Assembly (NCBI GenBank): GCA_023515795.1
Contig: JALGPX010000001.1
Coordinates: 186,001-208,182 of the forward strand
DNA length: 22,182 nucleotides
Source: Amoeboaphelidium occidentale
Lineage: Eukaryota
Direction of reading: 5' to 3'
Shown here piece after piece: positions 20,491 to 22,182 of the stretch; the stretch's first letter is position 1; each line of letters starts with the position of its first letter. The position numbers and the translations under genes were made by a program. The notes below the pieces were generated by a model. It did not search any database. It saw only the letters and a list, made by a program, of their open reading frames with translations, and was not told where the DNA came from.

Positions 20491-22180
20491 TGTATCCACT
20501 TGATTCCAAATTCTTGATCATTATGTTTCGAGCTGCATTCATATCTCGATCAAACTTGAAACCGCAGTGTGTACAATTGAACTTTTTGTTTCCTCCAAGT
20601 TTGTGGTTGAGTCTCCCACAAACTCCACATGCTTTTGAGGTGTATTCCTCGGTGACAACATGGACTGCACAGTTTGGAGTGTCCTCTGCCTTTTGAAGTA
20701 GTTTTTGTTTGAACTTGTAATGGGACCAATTTAGCATGTTTCTTGCAGTTTTTAAGTTGATCTTGCGATTGTTCTTGATTACCATCTTACTCACATCAAA
20801 GGTAGGAATCAAGATGACATTGTACCGGCTCGTCAAATCATGCGCTAGTTTTCCATGAAAGTCTGAAATCAAGTTTTTAATCCGCTGCCGCGCTCTTTGA
20901 ATCGCGGCGTTCATTCTTCTTCTTTTGTACCGATTCTTGCGACCGGTTTTGACCCCAGTTGCTTTTGATATCAGGCGATCCAAGTTAAGACACAGTCTTT
21001 CAACTCTTCTTATGTCACCTTTTCCAGCCTCAAAGAAGTTCCCGGAGCTTTCGTACACGGTTTGAAACGTACGAACTCCAGGGTCCAATGCAGCAGCTGT
21101 TGGATGATTTTGGGTTGTTTTTTCTTGATTGGTTTTGTTGTAAGGAAAGCACACGTAGAAGTGATCTGGCTTCTCCCAAACAACTTAAACCAGCCTCTTG
21201 TATTCATCAGATCCTTTTCTCTCAATTTCATCTTCAATGATAGATTTTGCTCGCTGAAATTCATTCTTTGATATGACTTGAAGAGGATTCCTGAGTGCAT
21301 CAAGCGGAAGCTTCAATCCAAAGTTTTTCTTTTTGGTACCCTTTCTGGTGCTGGTGGACTCAACACATCTTATTGCGTAAGCGCCTCCAGGGTAAAAGCT
21401 GAAACTTTTACGAGAGTCTTTCTTCTGTTTTCTCGACATTTGATACTTAAACTCTTTGTTCTGTGCTTTTAATGACTCTTCAGTGGCTTTGATGGTGGAG
21501 ACCAGTTTGTGGATTGCTTCCACTTTAATTGAAGATGAGCAAAGATTCCCGTCGTATAGCCATGGGCGGTTTGCTTGTTCTTCTTCTGGAACATTGGACG
21601 CAGTCACAATCTTGTTGCGAAGGGACTGCCAGTTCTTTGGGTGGCCGCGGACGAACATTTCATCCAGCCCTTGGTTCCCAACCACGCGAACAATTCCAAA
21701 GATCTGTTTAAGAGCAGCCTTTTGTGTGGCATCGGGATAGACGCGAATCTTGACTGATCTCATTGTTTCATTCGCTTCTGGTCTTGATTTCATTCAACTA
21801 CAAATCTGTTTTTCATAGGAGGACATGCCAGACTGCAAGGGCCTTTGTTTCTTGTTTCTTCTAGTTGTAGAGCTCTGCCTATTCAAATGGTACGGTTGGG
21901 GTGGATCATCATGGACTACAACCTTGTTGTTCAGTTGTGCAAGCGGTGCGTAGTAGTTTGCCGTACACCAAGAGGTCTGTTCCTTTGAAACGGTAAACTT
22001 TGGTGCAGCGCTTTGATTTGATTGTGTTCCAGTAGACTGCATTGCTAGTCTTTGAGACATTACTTTGGATTGATCAGTCCATCATGGCGCATATTTCAAT
22101 GGTTGGGCTTGGTTTAATTGAGGAGTTGAAACAGGTGCTTGCGGAGCTGCTGCAGCTCTAGGAGCTCTCTTACGAGTCTG
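20426..22180 (-). pseudogene. Fanzor2 (IS607 TnpB-derived RNA-guided endonuclease), 5'-truncated by the window, with three in-frame stops
   Basis: One frame of 585 codons. HTH/WED start RSVKIRVYPDATQKAALKQIFG; RuvC-I ALDPGVRTF; RuvC-II ILIPTF (Pro at the canonical Glu position) with relocated Glu in VTEEYTSK; zinc finger CGVC...CTHC; RuvC-III DRDMNAARNI. Stops: TGA 22084-22082, TGA 21796-21794, TAA 21187-21185. Confidence 0.88.
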
Positions 22181-22182
22181 AT

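Larger units (their letters stand above)
20402..22182 (-). mobile_element. Eukaryotic IS607-like Fanzor2 element (right part; left end outside the window)
   Basis: Intronless Fanzor2 ORF plus structured 3' region ending in TGCAGG, set apart from the tightly packed host genes. No transposase is visible in the window. Confidence 0.6.

Noticed and set aside
21166..21190. Intron removing the Fanzor TAA
   Set aside because: Frame-preserving GT..AG options are only 18-21 nt, lack the GTA donor and branch motif of host introns, and would delete a plausible beta strand.
21185..22084. Alternative genetic code explaining the Fanzor stops
   Set aside because: Host genes here end in TAA, TAG and TGA at the expected C-termini and have no internal stops. 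Both TAA and TGA would need reassignment.
22144..22158. Palindrome GAGCTGC-T-GCAGCTC
   Set aside because: Explained by a run of Ala codons in the Fanzor N-terminal frame.

Overview
Gene-dense eukaryotic DNA in the standard genetic code, with 13 GT-AG micro-introns of 32-44 nt and intergenic gaps of 1-200 bp. This fits a compact early-diverging fungal or fungal-relative genome; the taxon cannot be fixed from this window alone. In order: a ~2457-aa Bem2-like PH/RasGEF/RhoGAP gene, CCT8, a spliced SEN15-like gene head-to-head with CFIm25/NUDT21 (start codons 1 bp apart), a Gemin2-like gene, a ~1989-aa Cys-rich type I membrane protein with four bacterial-style Ig-like repeats, a small single-pass membrane ORF and a 616-aa low-complexity protein. 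The right end holds a minus-strand Fanzor2 (eukaryotic IS607 TnpB-derived RNA-guided nuclease). Its single frame is interrupted by three in-frame stops, yet the RuvC and zinc-finger motifs are intact. A candidate omegaRNA scaffold overlaps the Fanzor 3' end and ends at a perfect splice-donor sequence (CAG|GTAAGT), followed by a separate ~93-nt multi-hairpin element.
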